From positions 1-62,505 of the forward strand of contig PLXZ01000005.1 in NCBI GenBank assembly GCA_003151615.1: DNA of 62,505 nucleotides, read 5' to 3'. The notes under the pieces are model-generated. The model had not been told where the DNA came from. It was given only the letters and a program-made list of their open reading frames with translations, and ran no database searches. This DNA comes from Candidatus Tayloriibacteriota bacterium (lineage in GTDB: Bacteria; Patescibacteriota; Minisyncoccia; Phycocordibacterales; PALSA-1337). Positions within the stretch are counted from its first letter, which is position 1. Every line of letters starts with the position of its first letter. Both the position numbers and the translations under genes were made by a program. Of the stretch, positions 29,155 through 37,440 are shown piece by piece.

Positions 29155-29832
29155 TTATAGGGCTGTCGCAGTCGCAACGATGGTTGCCTGATACGTCCCC
29201 GAAGGGATGAAGAAATTGTTCTGTTCAGCCGCATAGCAGACCGTTGTGGCCGTTCCGGCAAATGTCGTAGTAGCGGCACGGGTAGCTACCGTAACCGGAC
29301 TTGTCGTGAAGCCCTTGTATTTAAGGACGGTTGAAGTTGCATTGCCGTTTGTGCCTCCGCTGCAGGATGAAGTGGCATTTCCCCATGTCGAAGTCGCTGT
29401 GTCGCCTCCGAATGCCGAGTACCCGAACGCTGCGCCGTTGACGACGCTCCACGTGTTCGGCGCGCCGGTCTGGTAGTCAGCAATCGTCGCGCTGGTTGTC
29501 GTTGCCTGCATAGCTGGAGTCGAAGTGGCGTTGAGGGCGAGCGTGTAGCCGTTTACGTCGTTGGTAACGACGGTCCAGGTGGTGGTGCCGACGGCGCTGT
29601 TCTGCGCGACGCCGATGTGCGTGCTCATGCTTGAGTTTGCCGGAGCACTGATTGAAATGCCGGTATCAACATTGAGGGTAATAACGACGCTCGAAGTCGC
29701 CGTCGTTACCGCATAGGCATTCTGAGGCGAGGAAAACGAAACCGATGCCGCGAATACTGTCACCAAAACAAAAATTCCCGAAGCGCCAAGGAATGAAAGA
29801 ACTCCATACCAAACTTTTTGCGTGCGGATCAT
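29155..29832 (-). CDS. secreted beta-rich protein (WxL/SCPU-like C-terminal pattern suspected)
   Basis: Signal peptide, TTTWTVVTNDVNGYTLAL, and a C-terminus PSGTYQATIVATATAL that parallels the end of the 26652-28055 product. Confidence 0.45.
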   Translation of the reverse strand: MIRTQKVWYGVLSFLGASGIFVLVTVFAASVSFSSPQNAYAVTTATSSVVITLNVDTGISISAPANSSMSTHIGVAQNSAVGTTTWTVVTNDVNGYTLALNATSTPAMQATTTSATIADYQTGAPNTWSVVNGAAFGYSAFGGDTATSTWGNATSSCSGGTNGNATSTVLKYKGFTTSPVTVATRAATTTFAGTATTVCYAAEQNNFFIPSGTYQATIVATATAL

Positions 29833-29962
29833 TTTTTAGTAGTATTAAATAATAGAGGTAGTGGGCAAGCTCAACGGATGTATAATAGCACCATGCCGTA
29901 GGACTGACAAACCCTTTGAAGCCGCGCATGGGGATAAACCTGTGGATAAATATAAAGCAAAA

Positions 29963-30568
29963 ATGATAATTGGAATTGACGAAGTCGGACGAGGACCTCT
30001 TGCCGGTCCCTTGGCCGTGGGTGTTTTTGTAATTAAATCGGCCCGAAAAAGCGTCGACGAAAAACAAATTGCGAAATTATTTCGCGGCGTGAAGGAATCG
30101 AAGCAATTGTCCGAAGCCCGGCGCGAAGAATGGTTTGCCGTCATCGAAACCGCGCGCAACGCCGGCCTCGTCGATTTTTCCGTTCAGTTTCAAAGCGAAA
30201 AAAATATCGATTCGCGCGGCCTGACTCGAACTATCGATAAGGCGATATCATCGGCGCTTCGCGCCGTCAACGCTTCAAAAAACTCTCTCATCCTCCTCGA
30301 CGGCGGATTGCGCGCGCCGGCGCATTTTACAAACCAAAAAACAATCATTCGCGGCGACGAGAAAAAAATCGTCATCGCCCTTGCCTCGATCTGCGCGAAA
30401 GTCCTGCGCGATCGGCGGATGCGCGCGTTCGCAAAAAAATATCCACGCTACAGTTTTGAAATCCACAAAGGCTACGGCACCCGCGCGCACATCGCCGCAA
30501 TCCGCAAACACGGTCCGTGTCCCATTCATCGCCGCAGTTTTCTTAGAACAGTTCTGGCAAAAATTTAG
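29963..30568 (+). CDS. rnhB: ribonuclease HII
   Basis: MIIGIDEVGRGPLAGPLAVGVFV from ATG 29963, plus DSKQL-like GVKESKQLS and IASICAKV. Confidence 0.9.
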   Translation: MIIGIDEVGRGPLAGPLAVGVFVIKSARKSVDEKQIAKLFRGVKESKQLSEARREEWFAVIETARNAGLVDFSVQFQSEKNIDSRGLTRTIDKAISSALRAVNASKNSLILLDGGLRAPAHFTNQKTIIRGDEKKIVIALASICAKVLRDRRMRAFAKKYPRYSFEIHKGYGTRAHIAAIRKHGPCPIHRRSFLRTVLAKI

Positions 30569-30870
30569 GCAAGTTCATATTTTTCGTCAACGCGCCGGAT
30601 CAATTGTGTTTTTTCAAATGTTGCGAGCGTCCGATAGAGCGTCGCAGGATTCGGCAAAACATCGGGATATAAAGTCGCCCGAGGAAGCCGTTTAAAAAGC
30701 AACGCCCGTATTTCTTCAATCGAAACTGGTTCGGTTTTCTGTCGAAAAATATCGAGGACCGCCAGACGGTATGGAGTCCTCTTCAATCTGCACGCAAAAA
30801 GCGTTACCGAGCTGTCAAAACCCCTCGTCATCGCTATCCTCATTTTCTTTTTTTCTTCCAGCGTTTTCAT
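30565..30870 (-). CDS. Fur-family-like winged-helix protein, DNA-binding domain only
   Basis: RTPYRLAVLDIFRQKTEPVSIEEIRALL..PATLYRTLATFEKTQLIRRV. At 101 aa it has no metal-binding/dimerisation half. Confidence 0.5.
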   Translation of the reverse strand: MKTLEEKKKMRIAMTRGFDSSVTLFACRLKRTPYRLAVLDIFRQKTEPVSIEEIRALLFKRLPRATLYPDVLPNPATLYRTLATFEKTQLIRRVDEKYELA

Positions 30871-30970
30871 GATATTACACTAGATAGTACTTTAATTTTA
30901 AAATTTTGTTTCAGAGAAAATAGATCGAAGATACTGGAATGAAAGGTGCCGTGTGACTCTCTTTATTTCT

Positions 30971-31067
30971 TCAACATCATGCAAATGCGAAAAAGTACTT
31001 TTTGATGCCAGAAATATGGCTTAAAACCTCGACTCGAAATTTCCGATTCGCATTTGCATGATGTTGA
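30971..31067. repeat. inverted-repeat element, copy 2 (perfect 21-bp arms, 55-nt core)
   Basis: TCAACATCATGCAAATGCGAA ... TTCGCATTTGCATGATGTTGA. The core carries GAAATATGGCTTAAAACCTCGAC. Confidence 0.9.
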
Positions 31068-31133
31068 TATATTTTTGTTGTGCTAAGGGTTTCCCCTGGG
31101 CCACCTTTGCCTTAGCCGTCGACATCCATTTTC

Positions 31134-31142
31134 TGCTATAAT
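31134..31142 (+). promoter_or_regulatory. extended -10 promoter of dnaE (leaderless arrangement)
   Basis: TGCTATAAT, then 6 nt, then ATG 31149. Confidence 0.55.
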
Positions 31143-31148
31143 TCGCCC

Positions 31149-34100
31149 ATGCCTTCCCGCTTCGTACATCTCCACACCCACTCGCACTATTCCCTTTTGA
31201 ATGCCCTGCCGAAAGTCGACCAGCTCGTCGATGAGGCGAAAAAATACGGAATGTCCGCGCTCGCCTTGACCGACGCCGGAAACATGTACGGCACGATTGA
31301 ATTTTACAAGGAATGCAAAAAAGCCGGAATAAAACCGATCATCGGCGTTGACGCCTACGTTGCCGCACGCACCCGCACCGACATGCAGGCCGGCGTCGAC
31401 AATCGCCGGACGCGCCTCGTCTTGCTCGCGAAAAACATGACGGGCTACGATAATTTAATGAAGCTCGTGACGCGTTCATATTTGGAAGGCTTCTACTACA
31501 AGCCGCGCATCGACCATGAATTAATGGAAGTCCATGCAAAAGACCTCATCGCAATTGCGCCTTCATTTTCGAGCGAAATTTCGCAGGCACTCCGAAATCG
31601 CGACTCGGCAAAAGCGCGCGAACTCGTCGCTTTCCACAAAAAAACGTTCGAACATTTCTACATCGAAATCACGCGTCACCCCGAAATCGACGGACACGAA
31701 TCATTGATGCAGGAGCTCATAAAACTCGCAAAAGAAACCGACACGCCGATTGTCGCCGGACATGATGTCTATTATATACACCCCGACGACAAGGCGGCGC
31801 GCGACACGCTCATGCTCGTCAATACTGCGGGCGATGCGACTGACCGAGGAACGGCCGGAACAACCGGGATCGGAGGCGGGGACGACGAGGAAGATTTTTC
31901 ATTCATTTCTCCGGAACGCGCGGAGGAATTGTTCAGCGACATTCCCGAAGCGATTGAGAACACGGCAAAAATCGCCGAAATGTGTGACGCAAAACTGGAA
32001 CTTGGAAAATGGGTTTTCCCGAATTATATTTTGGAAAGCGGCCGCACCTACGACGACGAATTGCAATTTCTGGCGAATGAAGGTTTCGCAAAACGAAACG
32101 TGCCGAAAACAAAGGAAGCCGTCACGCGCGTCGAATATGAATTGAAAGTCATCCGCGACAAAGGCTACGCTCCGTACTTTCTCGTGGTGTCCGACCTGCT
32201 CAAATATGCTCATGACCACGGCATTCTCACCAACATTCGAGGTTCGGTCGCCGGATCTCTCGCGACATATCTGACCGGAATTACGAATGTGAACCCGCTC
32301 GAATACAAACTTCCCTTCGAAAGATTTTTGAATCCCGAACGTCCGTCCGCGCCCGACATCGACATGGACTTTGCCGACAACCGTCGCGACGAGATGATCG
32401 ACTATGTCCGGCAAAAATACGGCCACGACAATGTGGCGCAGATTGGTACTTTTGGAACAATGATGGCCCGCGGTTCCGTGAAGGATGTCACGCGCGCCCT
32501 CGGTTTTCCGTATGAAGTCGGCGACCGGATTTCTAAATTGATTCCGCTAGGGGCACAAGGGTTTCCGATGACCATCGACCGCGCCTTGAAAGAAGTCTCC
32601 GAACTCCGTTCAATATATGAGAACGAAGCCGACATCAAACGCATCATCGACATGGCAAAAAAAATCGAAGGTTGCGCGCGACACATCTCCGTCCATGCAG
32701 CCGGCGTCGTCATCTCGCCAAAACCTCTGACCAATTACACCCCGCTTCAGTACGATACGAAAGGCGAAAAGAAAATCATCACGCAGTATGACATGTACTC
32801 GATCGAGGAAGCAGGACTCCTCAAATTCGACTTTCTCGGAATTAAAAATCTTTCCATTTTGGCCGATGCCGTCGACCGCGTAAAAAAGATTGAAGGAATA
32901 GACGTCGACATCGAACACATTCCGCTCGACGACAAAAAAACATTTGAAATGCTCGCACGCGGCGAAACGATCGGTTTGTTCCAGCTGAACGGCTCGGGTC
33001 TCACGCGATTTCTCGTCGAATTGAAACCGACGACCATCCACGACATCAACGCCATGGTGGCCTTGTATCGTCCCGGACCTCTCGAAAAAATTCCCGACTA
33101 TATCGAGCGCAAACACGACCCTTCGAAAATCACCTATATGGACCCGCGCATGAAGGACATCCTCGACATGTCCTATGGCGTCATCACGTATCAGGACGAT
33201 GTGCTCATGGTTGCGATTAAAATGGCCGGATATTCGTGGCTCGAAGCCGATAAACTGCGCAAGGCCATGGGCAAAAAAATTCCCAAGGAAATGGAAGCCG
33301 AGAAGGAGAAGCTCATCGCCGGACTCATCAAAAACGGCCTGTCGGAACCAAAAGCGAAAAAAATGTGGCTACTCATCGAGCCGTTCGCCGCGTACGGATT
33401 CAACAAAGCCCATGCCGCGAGCTACGGCCGCGTCGCCTACCAGACCGCCTACCTGAAAGCCAACTTCCCCGCTATATATATGTCTGCAGTTCTTTCCGCC
33501 GATTCGGGCGACGTCGAAAAAATCGCCGAAACCATCGCCGAATGCAAACGCATAGGCATTCCGATCCTGCCTCCTGACGTCAACGAAAGTTTCAGCCAGT
33601 TTACGGTGATCAAGGGCGAAACCGGCAAATCATCAATCATCCGCTTCGGACTCGTGACGATTAAAAATTTCGGTCAAGGCATTGCGACCGCCATCATCGA
33701 CGAACGCAAAAAAACCGGCAAAGGGACGCAACCGCAAGGCGGCAAATTTAAATCGCTCGCCGACTTCATCGACCGGGTCAAGGACCGAAACTTGAATAAA
33801 AAATCGCTTGAAGCCCTCATCAAATCGGGTGCCATGGACAGTTTCGGCTATGACCGCGGCGTTTTGCTCGGCAATATTGAAACCCTGCTCGCCCACAACA
33901 AAGAGCGCGACAAGATGCCCGAAAATCAAGACTCACTTTTTGGACTGATGTCGGATACTTCAACCGTTCCGACACTCAAATTAGCCGACGTTCCGAATGC
34001 AACGCCTGCAGAAAAATTGGCCTGGGAAAAAGAACTTCTCGGCCTCTACATTTCCGGCCACCCTCTCGAAAAATATCAGGAAGCCATCAACAAACAAGCA

Positions 34101-34463
34101 ATCAATATTGCGAAAATAAAGGCTGCCCCGGAAGAAGCCGAAGAAACAGAAATAAAAAAACCGGTTACGCCAACCGTAAAAACTTTTGGAAGACCTGAAC
34201 GAAAACCTTCGGATGCCCCGACCATAATCCTCGCCGTCATCGTCGATGAAATCCGCCAAATCATGACGAAAAATAACGAGCCAATGCTCTTCATAAAAGT
34301 CAGCGACTTCACCGGCACAATCGAGGCTGTTGTCTTCCCGCGCGTCTACCGCGAATTCCGCACGGCCTTCACTCCCGATTCCTGCATCGCAATAAAAGCC
34401 ACTGTCTCCGAACGCAATGGCGAAAAAAGCCTCATCATTGAGAAGGTGAAAAAGTTGGCCTAA
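31149..34463 (+). CDS. dnaE: DNA polymerase III alpha subunit
   Basis: PHP N-terminus FVHLHTHSHYSLLNALPKV, ERPSAPDIDMDF, HAAGVVIS, GLLKFDFLGIKNLS, and a C-terminal OB fold. Confidence 0.95.
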   Translation: MPSRFVHLHTHSHYSLLNALPKVDQLVDEAKKYGMSALALTDAGNMYGTIEFYKECKKAGIKPIIGVDAYVAARTRTDMQAGVDNRRTRLVLLAKNMTGYDNLMKLVTRSYLEGFYYKPRIDHELMEVHAKDLIAIAPSFSSEISQALRNRDSAKARELVAFHKKTFEHFYIEITRHPEIDGHESLMQELIKLAKETDTPIVAGHDVYYIHPDDKAARDTLMLVNTAGDATDRGTAGTTGIGGGDDEEDFSFISPERAEELFSDIPEAIENTAKIAEMCDAKLELGKWVFPNYILESGRTYDDELQFLANEGFAKRNVPKTKEAVTRVEYELKVIRDKGYAPYFLVVSDLLKYAHDHGILTNIRGSVAGSLATYLTGITNVNPLEYKLPFERFLNPERPSAPDIDMDFADNRRDEMIDYVRQKYGHDNVAQIGTFGTMMARGSVKDVTRALGFPYEVGDRISKLIPLGAQGFPMTIDRALKEVSELRSIYENEADIKRIIDMAKKIEGCARHISVHAAGVVISPKPLTNYTPLQYDTKGEKKIITQYDMYSIEEAGLLKFDFLGIKNLSILADAVDRVKKIEGIDVDIEHIPLDDKKTFEMLARGETIGLFQLNGSGLTRFLVELKPTTIHDINAMVALYRPGPLEKIPDYIERKHDPSKITYMDPRMKDILDMSYGVITYQDDVLMVAIKMAGYSWLEADKLRKAMGKKIPKEMEAEKEKLIAGLIKNGLSEPKAKKMWLLIEPFAAYGFNKAHAASYGRVAYQTAYLKANFPAIYMSAVLSADSGDVEKIAETIAECKRIGIPILPPDVNESFSQFTVIKGETGKSSIIRFGLVTIKNFGQGIATAIIDERKKTGKGTQPQGGKFKSLADFIDRVKDRNLNKKSLEALIKSGAMDSFGYDRGVLLGNIETLLAHNKERDKMPENQDSLFGLMSDTSTVPTLKLADVPNATPAEKLAWEKELLGLYISGHPLEKYQEAINKQAINIAKIKAAPEEAEETEIKKPVTPTVKTFGRPERKPSDAPTIILAVIVDEIRQIMTKNNEPMLFIKVSDFTGTIEAVVFPRVYREFRTAFTPDSCIAIKATVSERNGEKSLIIEKVKKLA

Positions 34464-34474
34464 AACGCATAAAA

Positions 34475-34483
34475 TGCTACAAT
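34475..34483 (+). promoter_or_regulatory. extended -10 promoter of thrS (leaderless arrangement)
   Basis: TGCTACAAT, then 7 nt, then ATG 34491. Confidence 0.55.
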
Positions 34484-34490
34484 TTCCGCC

Positions 34491-35783
34491 ATGTCAAAGA
34501 ATACAAACGACGCAAAACCTGAAAATAAGCCCGAAGAAAACATAAAGGACCGCGACCATAAAAAACTCGGCAAAGAACTCGAGCTTTTCTATATCGACCC
34601 TGTTGTCGGCAAAGGCCTCCCCATGTGGCTACCAAAAGGCGCGATCATCCGCCGCGAACTTGAAAAATTCGTCGTTGAAGAAGAAACGAAACGCGGATAC
34701 GAACATGTTTCGACTCCCGACATTGCCCGTCTCGAACTGTATGAAAAATCGGGACACTACCCGCACTACAAGGATTCCATGTACGCGCCAATTGACATTG
34801 ACGGCGAAAAATTTATGCTCCGCCCGATGACGTGTCCGCATCATTTCCAGATGTATCTTTCCCAGCCGCGCAGCTACCGCGATTTGCCGATGCGCATTGC
34901 CGAATTGGCGAAATTATACCGCTACGAACAGTCCGGAGAATTGATGGGTCTCCAGCGCGTGCGTTCGTTCTGTCTTTCCGACGCGCACATTATATGTGCA
35001 AACGAAGAACAAGCCGTCGATGAAATCAGCATGGCCCTCGACCTCATTGAATATGCCTGCGGAGTATTCGGCCTCACATTCGGCGAAAATTATTCATTCC
35101 GTTTGTCCCTCGGCGACCGGGCTGCAAACAGTGAAAACAGCGAAAAATATTTTAAAAACGATGCGGCCTGGGAAAAGAGCGAGTCACTCCTGCGTGCACT
35201 GATGAAAAAGCGAGGCAAGCCTTTCATCGAAGCGAAAAACGAAGCAGCCTTTTACGGACCGAAAATCGACGTGCAGATGAAAAATGTTAACGGCAAGGAA
35301 GACACTGCTTTCACTGTGCAATACGACTTCTGCATGCCGGAACGTTTCGACCTTTCATATATGGGCGAAGACGGCAAAAGCCACCGCGCGTTCGTGGTGC
35401 ACCGATCTTCCATCGGCGCAATCGAACGCTTCACGGCCTTTCTCATCGAACGCTATGCCGGAAAATTCCCCCTCTGGCTCTCGCCGGTCCAGGCAATGAT
35501 TATCCCGATTGCCGGCGAACATCATGCCGAAGCAACTGCTGTCAACGACCTTCTCCGCAACCACAATATCCGAACGAAAATGAACCTTTCGACCGACAGC
35601 TTCGGAAAGAAAATCCGCGCGGCCAAAACCGAGCACATTCCCTACTTCATAATCATCGGTGACAAGGATCTCGCCGCCGGCAAAGTCACTCTCGAATCCC
35701 GCGATCTCGGCCAAATCGGTCAACTTGAAAAGGAAGCCGTTGTCATTCGTTTAGCCGAAGAAATCAAGACGAAGAAGCTCTAG
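34491..35783 (+). CDS. thrS: threonine--tRNA ligase, catalytic core plus anticodon-binding domain only
   Basis: DHKKLGKELELF, MLRPMTCPHHFQMY, RYEQSGELMGLQRVRSFCLSDAHI and FVVHRSSIGAIERF. At 430 aa there is no TGS or editing domain. Confidence 0.9.
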   Translation: MSKNTNDAKPENKPEENIKDRDHKKLGKELELFYIDPVVGKGLPMWLPKGAIIRRELEKFVVEEETKRGYEHVSTPDIARLELYEKSGHYPHYKDSMYAPIDIDGEKFMLRPMTCPHHFQMYLSQPRSYRDLPMRIAELAKLYRYEQSGELMGLQRVRSFCLSDAHIICANEEQAVDEISMALDLIEYACGVFGLTFGENYSFRLSLGDRAANSENSEKYFKNDAAWEKSESLLRALMKKRGKPFIEAKNEAAFYGPKIDVQMKNVNGKEDTAFTVQYDFCMPERFDLSYMGEDGKSHRAFVVHRSSIGAIERFTAFLIERYAGKFPLWLSPVQAMIIPIAGEHHAEATAVNDLLRNHNIRTKMNLSTDSFGKKIRAAKTEHIPYFIIIGDKDLAAGKVTLESRDLGQIGQLEKEAVVIRLAEEIKTKKL

Positions 35784-35837
35784 GTTACACGACGCGGCGC
35801 GATTTCTTTTGATTGTCCGCCCATAGCTTTAAACATC

Positions 35838-35930
35838 ACCATCATGCAAATGCGAATGCGAAAATCTTGGCTTATATTTAGAGCCATATTTTTTAGTAAA
35901 ATATTATTAAATTCGCATTTGCATGATGGT
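35838..35930. repeat. inverted-repeat element, copy 3 (perfect 20-bp arms, 53-nt core in opposite orientation to copy 1)
   Basis: ACCATCATGCAAATGCGAAT ... ATTCGCATTTGCATGATGGT. The reverse complement of its core aligns with the copy 1 core (TTAATA..AAAAA(T)ATGGCTCTAAAT..ATTTTCGC). Confidence 0.9.
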
Positions 35931-35982
35931 TAAGAAAAAGGAGCATCGCTTAGGTTACAGTAGCGAATATCATAAACAAAGC

Positions 35983-36008
35983 AAAAAGCACCCGTATGGG
36001 TGCTTTTT
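35983..36008. terminator. bidirectional intrinsic terminator between thrS and the convergent surface-protein gene
   Basis: AAAAAGCACCC-GTAT-GGGTGCTTTTT. Confidence 0.75.
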
Positions 36009-36032
36009 GTTTGCCGAATTTCGGCGTATCGA

Positions 36033-37259
36033 TTAGATCTTATTTTTGTTGAACAACATGTACATAACCGTACCGAAGAGAACGAGGATGATGAGTACCG
36101 CTACCCAACCCCATGGAATATTTGAGAGGGAGAAGAGTGAAGCAGCCGACAAACCTGAGTTATTCGTATTAGGAGTTACCGTCGCGCTTCCGGAACCGTT
36201 TCCGCCATTGCCGCCCGCACCGATAACAGTGAGAGGAGTACAAGACTGTGAACCTGTCATGCCGTTTGAAGATGTAACGATGACAACTGCCTGCTTGACG
36301 CCCGGTGTCGTGTAAGTCGTAGCGACCGATGACTGCGAGCCTGCGAGACCATTCGTGCCTGACCATGCGTACGTGTATGAACCGCTTCCGCCGGTGACTT
36401 CAACTGACCATGTCACTGGAGTTCCGACCGGAACATTCGAAGCGCCTGAGGCACAACCGATGGTAAGACCATTCGTATTGTTATTGTTTCCGTTGTAACC
36501 GTTTCCGATGAGCACTGAATTCGTACACTGTGCAGTAACCGACTGACCGCTGTTTGAAGTAACTGTTACTTGTGCAGTCTGCTGGCCGTTTGTATTGTAA
36601 GTTGCGTTGATCGAAGGGCCTGAACCGTAGAGGTTGCTTGAGCCGTTCCAAACATATGTGTAGTAACCGCTTCCGCCCGTTACGTTCGCTGACCATGTTA
36701 CCGGCTGGCCGATATTTGCAGAAGTTGTGTTTGCATTACATGTCGCCGCGAGTCCGGTATTGTAATTGTATCCGTTGTTATAGTTATATCCCGTATTGTA
36801 GTTTGTAGGATAGCTATTGTAATTGTAAGAAGGAGTCGTGTATGCATAAGTCGGCGTCGTATTATAGTTGTAGTTACCATAATAAGTAGGAGCTGTCGGA
36901 TAGTTATAAACTATCGGCTGCTGCGGATAAATTGGCTGTGAAATAGGAACGTAACCGCCGCCGATAACCGTAACCGGAACGTTAACATTCACGTTGACGT
37001 TGTTGTTATTGGTGCTGTTTGCCGAAGCCGAAGCGGAAGCCGCAGAAGCAGACGATGAATTCGAATTCGTGGAAGGATAGTATGAGGAACCACCATAATA
37101 TGAATTACCGCCACCATAGCCACCGTAACCTCCATGGCCGCCGTACGCAAATGCAGGAGTCGCAGCCAAAGCAATTGTGCCAAACACAATTACCGCCGCT
37201 GAAAGCGACCCAATTTTTCCCATTTGCTTCGATATTTTTGCTGTGTTGATAATATTCAT
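36033..37259 (-). CDS. secreted G/Y/N-rich protein with two PKD-like Ig modules and a C-terminal TM anchor
   Basis: Signal peptide, a low-complexity GGYGGYGG/NNNVNVNVNV region, two repeats of C..(S/T)..VG.PVTWS..VTGGSG.YTY.W.G, and the C-terminal helix WVAVLIILVLFGTVMYMLF. Confidence 0.55.
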   Translation of the reverse strand: MNIINTAKISKQMGKIGSLSAAVIVFGTIALAATPAFAYGGHGGYGGYGGGNSYYGGSSYYPSTNSNSSSASAASASASANSTNNNNVNVNVNVPVTVIGGGYVPISQPIYPQQPIVYNYPTAPTYYGNYNYNTTPTYAYTTPSYNYNSYPTNYNTGYNYNNGYNYNTGLAATCNANTTSANIGQPVTWSANVTGGSGYYTYVWNGSSNLYGSGPSINATYNTNGQQTAQVTVTSNSGQSVTAQCTNSVLIGNGYNGNNNNTNGLTIGCASGASNVPVGTPVTWSVEVTGGSGSYTYAWSGTNGLAGSQSSVATTYTTPGVKQAVVIVTSSNGMTGSQSCTPLTVIGAGGNGGNGSGSATVTPNTNNSGLSAASLFSLSNIPWGWVAVLIILVLFGTVMYMLFNKNKI

Positions 37260-37288
37260 ATATTTTTTAATTAATTGCTTGTTGAACT

Positions 37289-37317
37289 ATCATATACTAC
37301 TTTGAATAAAAAGTCAA
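37289..37317 (-). promoter_or_regulatory. sigma70-type promoter of the 36033-37259 surface-protein gene
   Basis: Minus strand: TTGACT, 17 nt, TATGAT. The ATG is ~30 nt downstream. Confidence 0.45.
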
Positions 37318-37338
37318 GTACCTCTACCCATATTTCTA

Positions 37339-37402
37339 TAAATATGGCTTAATATTGAGGCTCTATGCCAAAGAATGGCTCAAAATATGGCTGAAAACGA
37401 GG
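37339..37402. repeat. three tandem copies of the element-core motif A(A/T)ATGGCT..(C)GAGG without the IR arms
   Basis: AAATATGGCTTAATATTGAGG, AGAATGGCTCAA and AATATGGCTGAAAACGAGG, with ATGGCT at 37344, 37375 and 37387. They lie upstream of the promoter of the 36033-37259 gene. Confidence 0.6.
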
Positions 37403-37440
37403 TAAAGACCGATGTATAGTCCAACACTACTCCTTATTAT

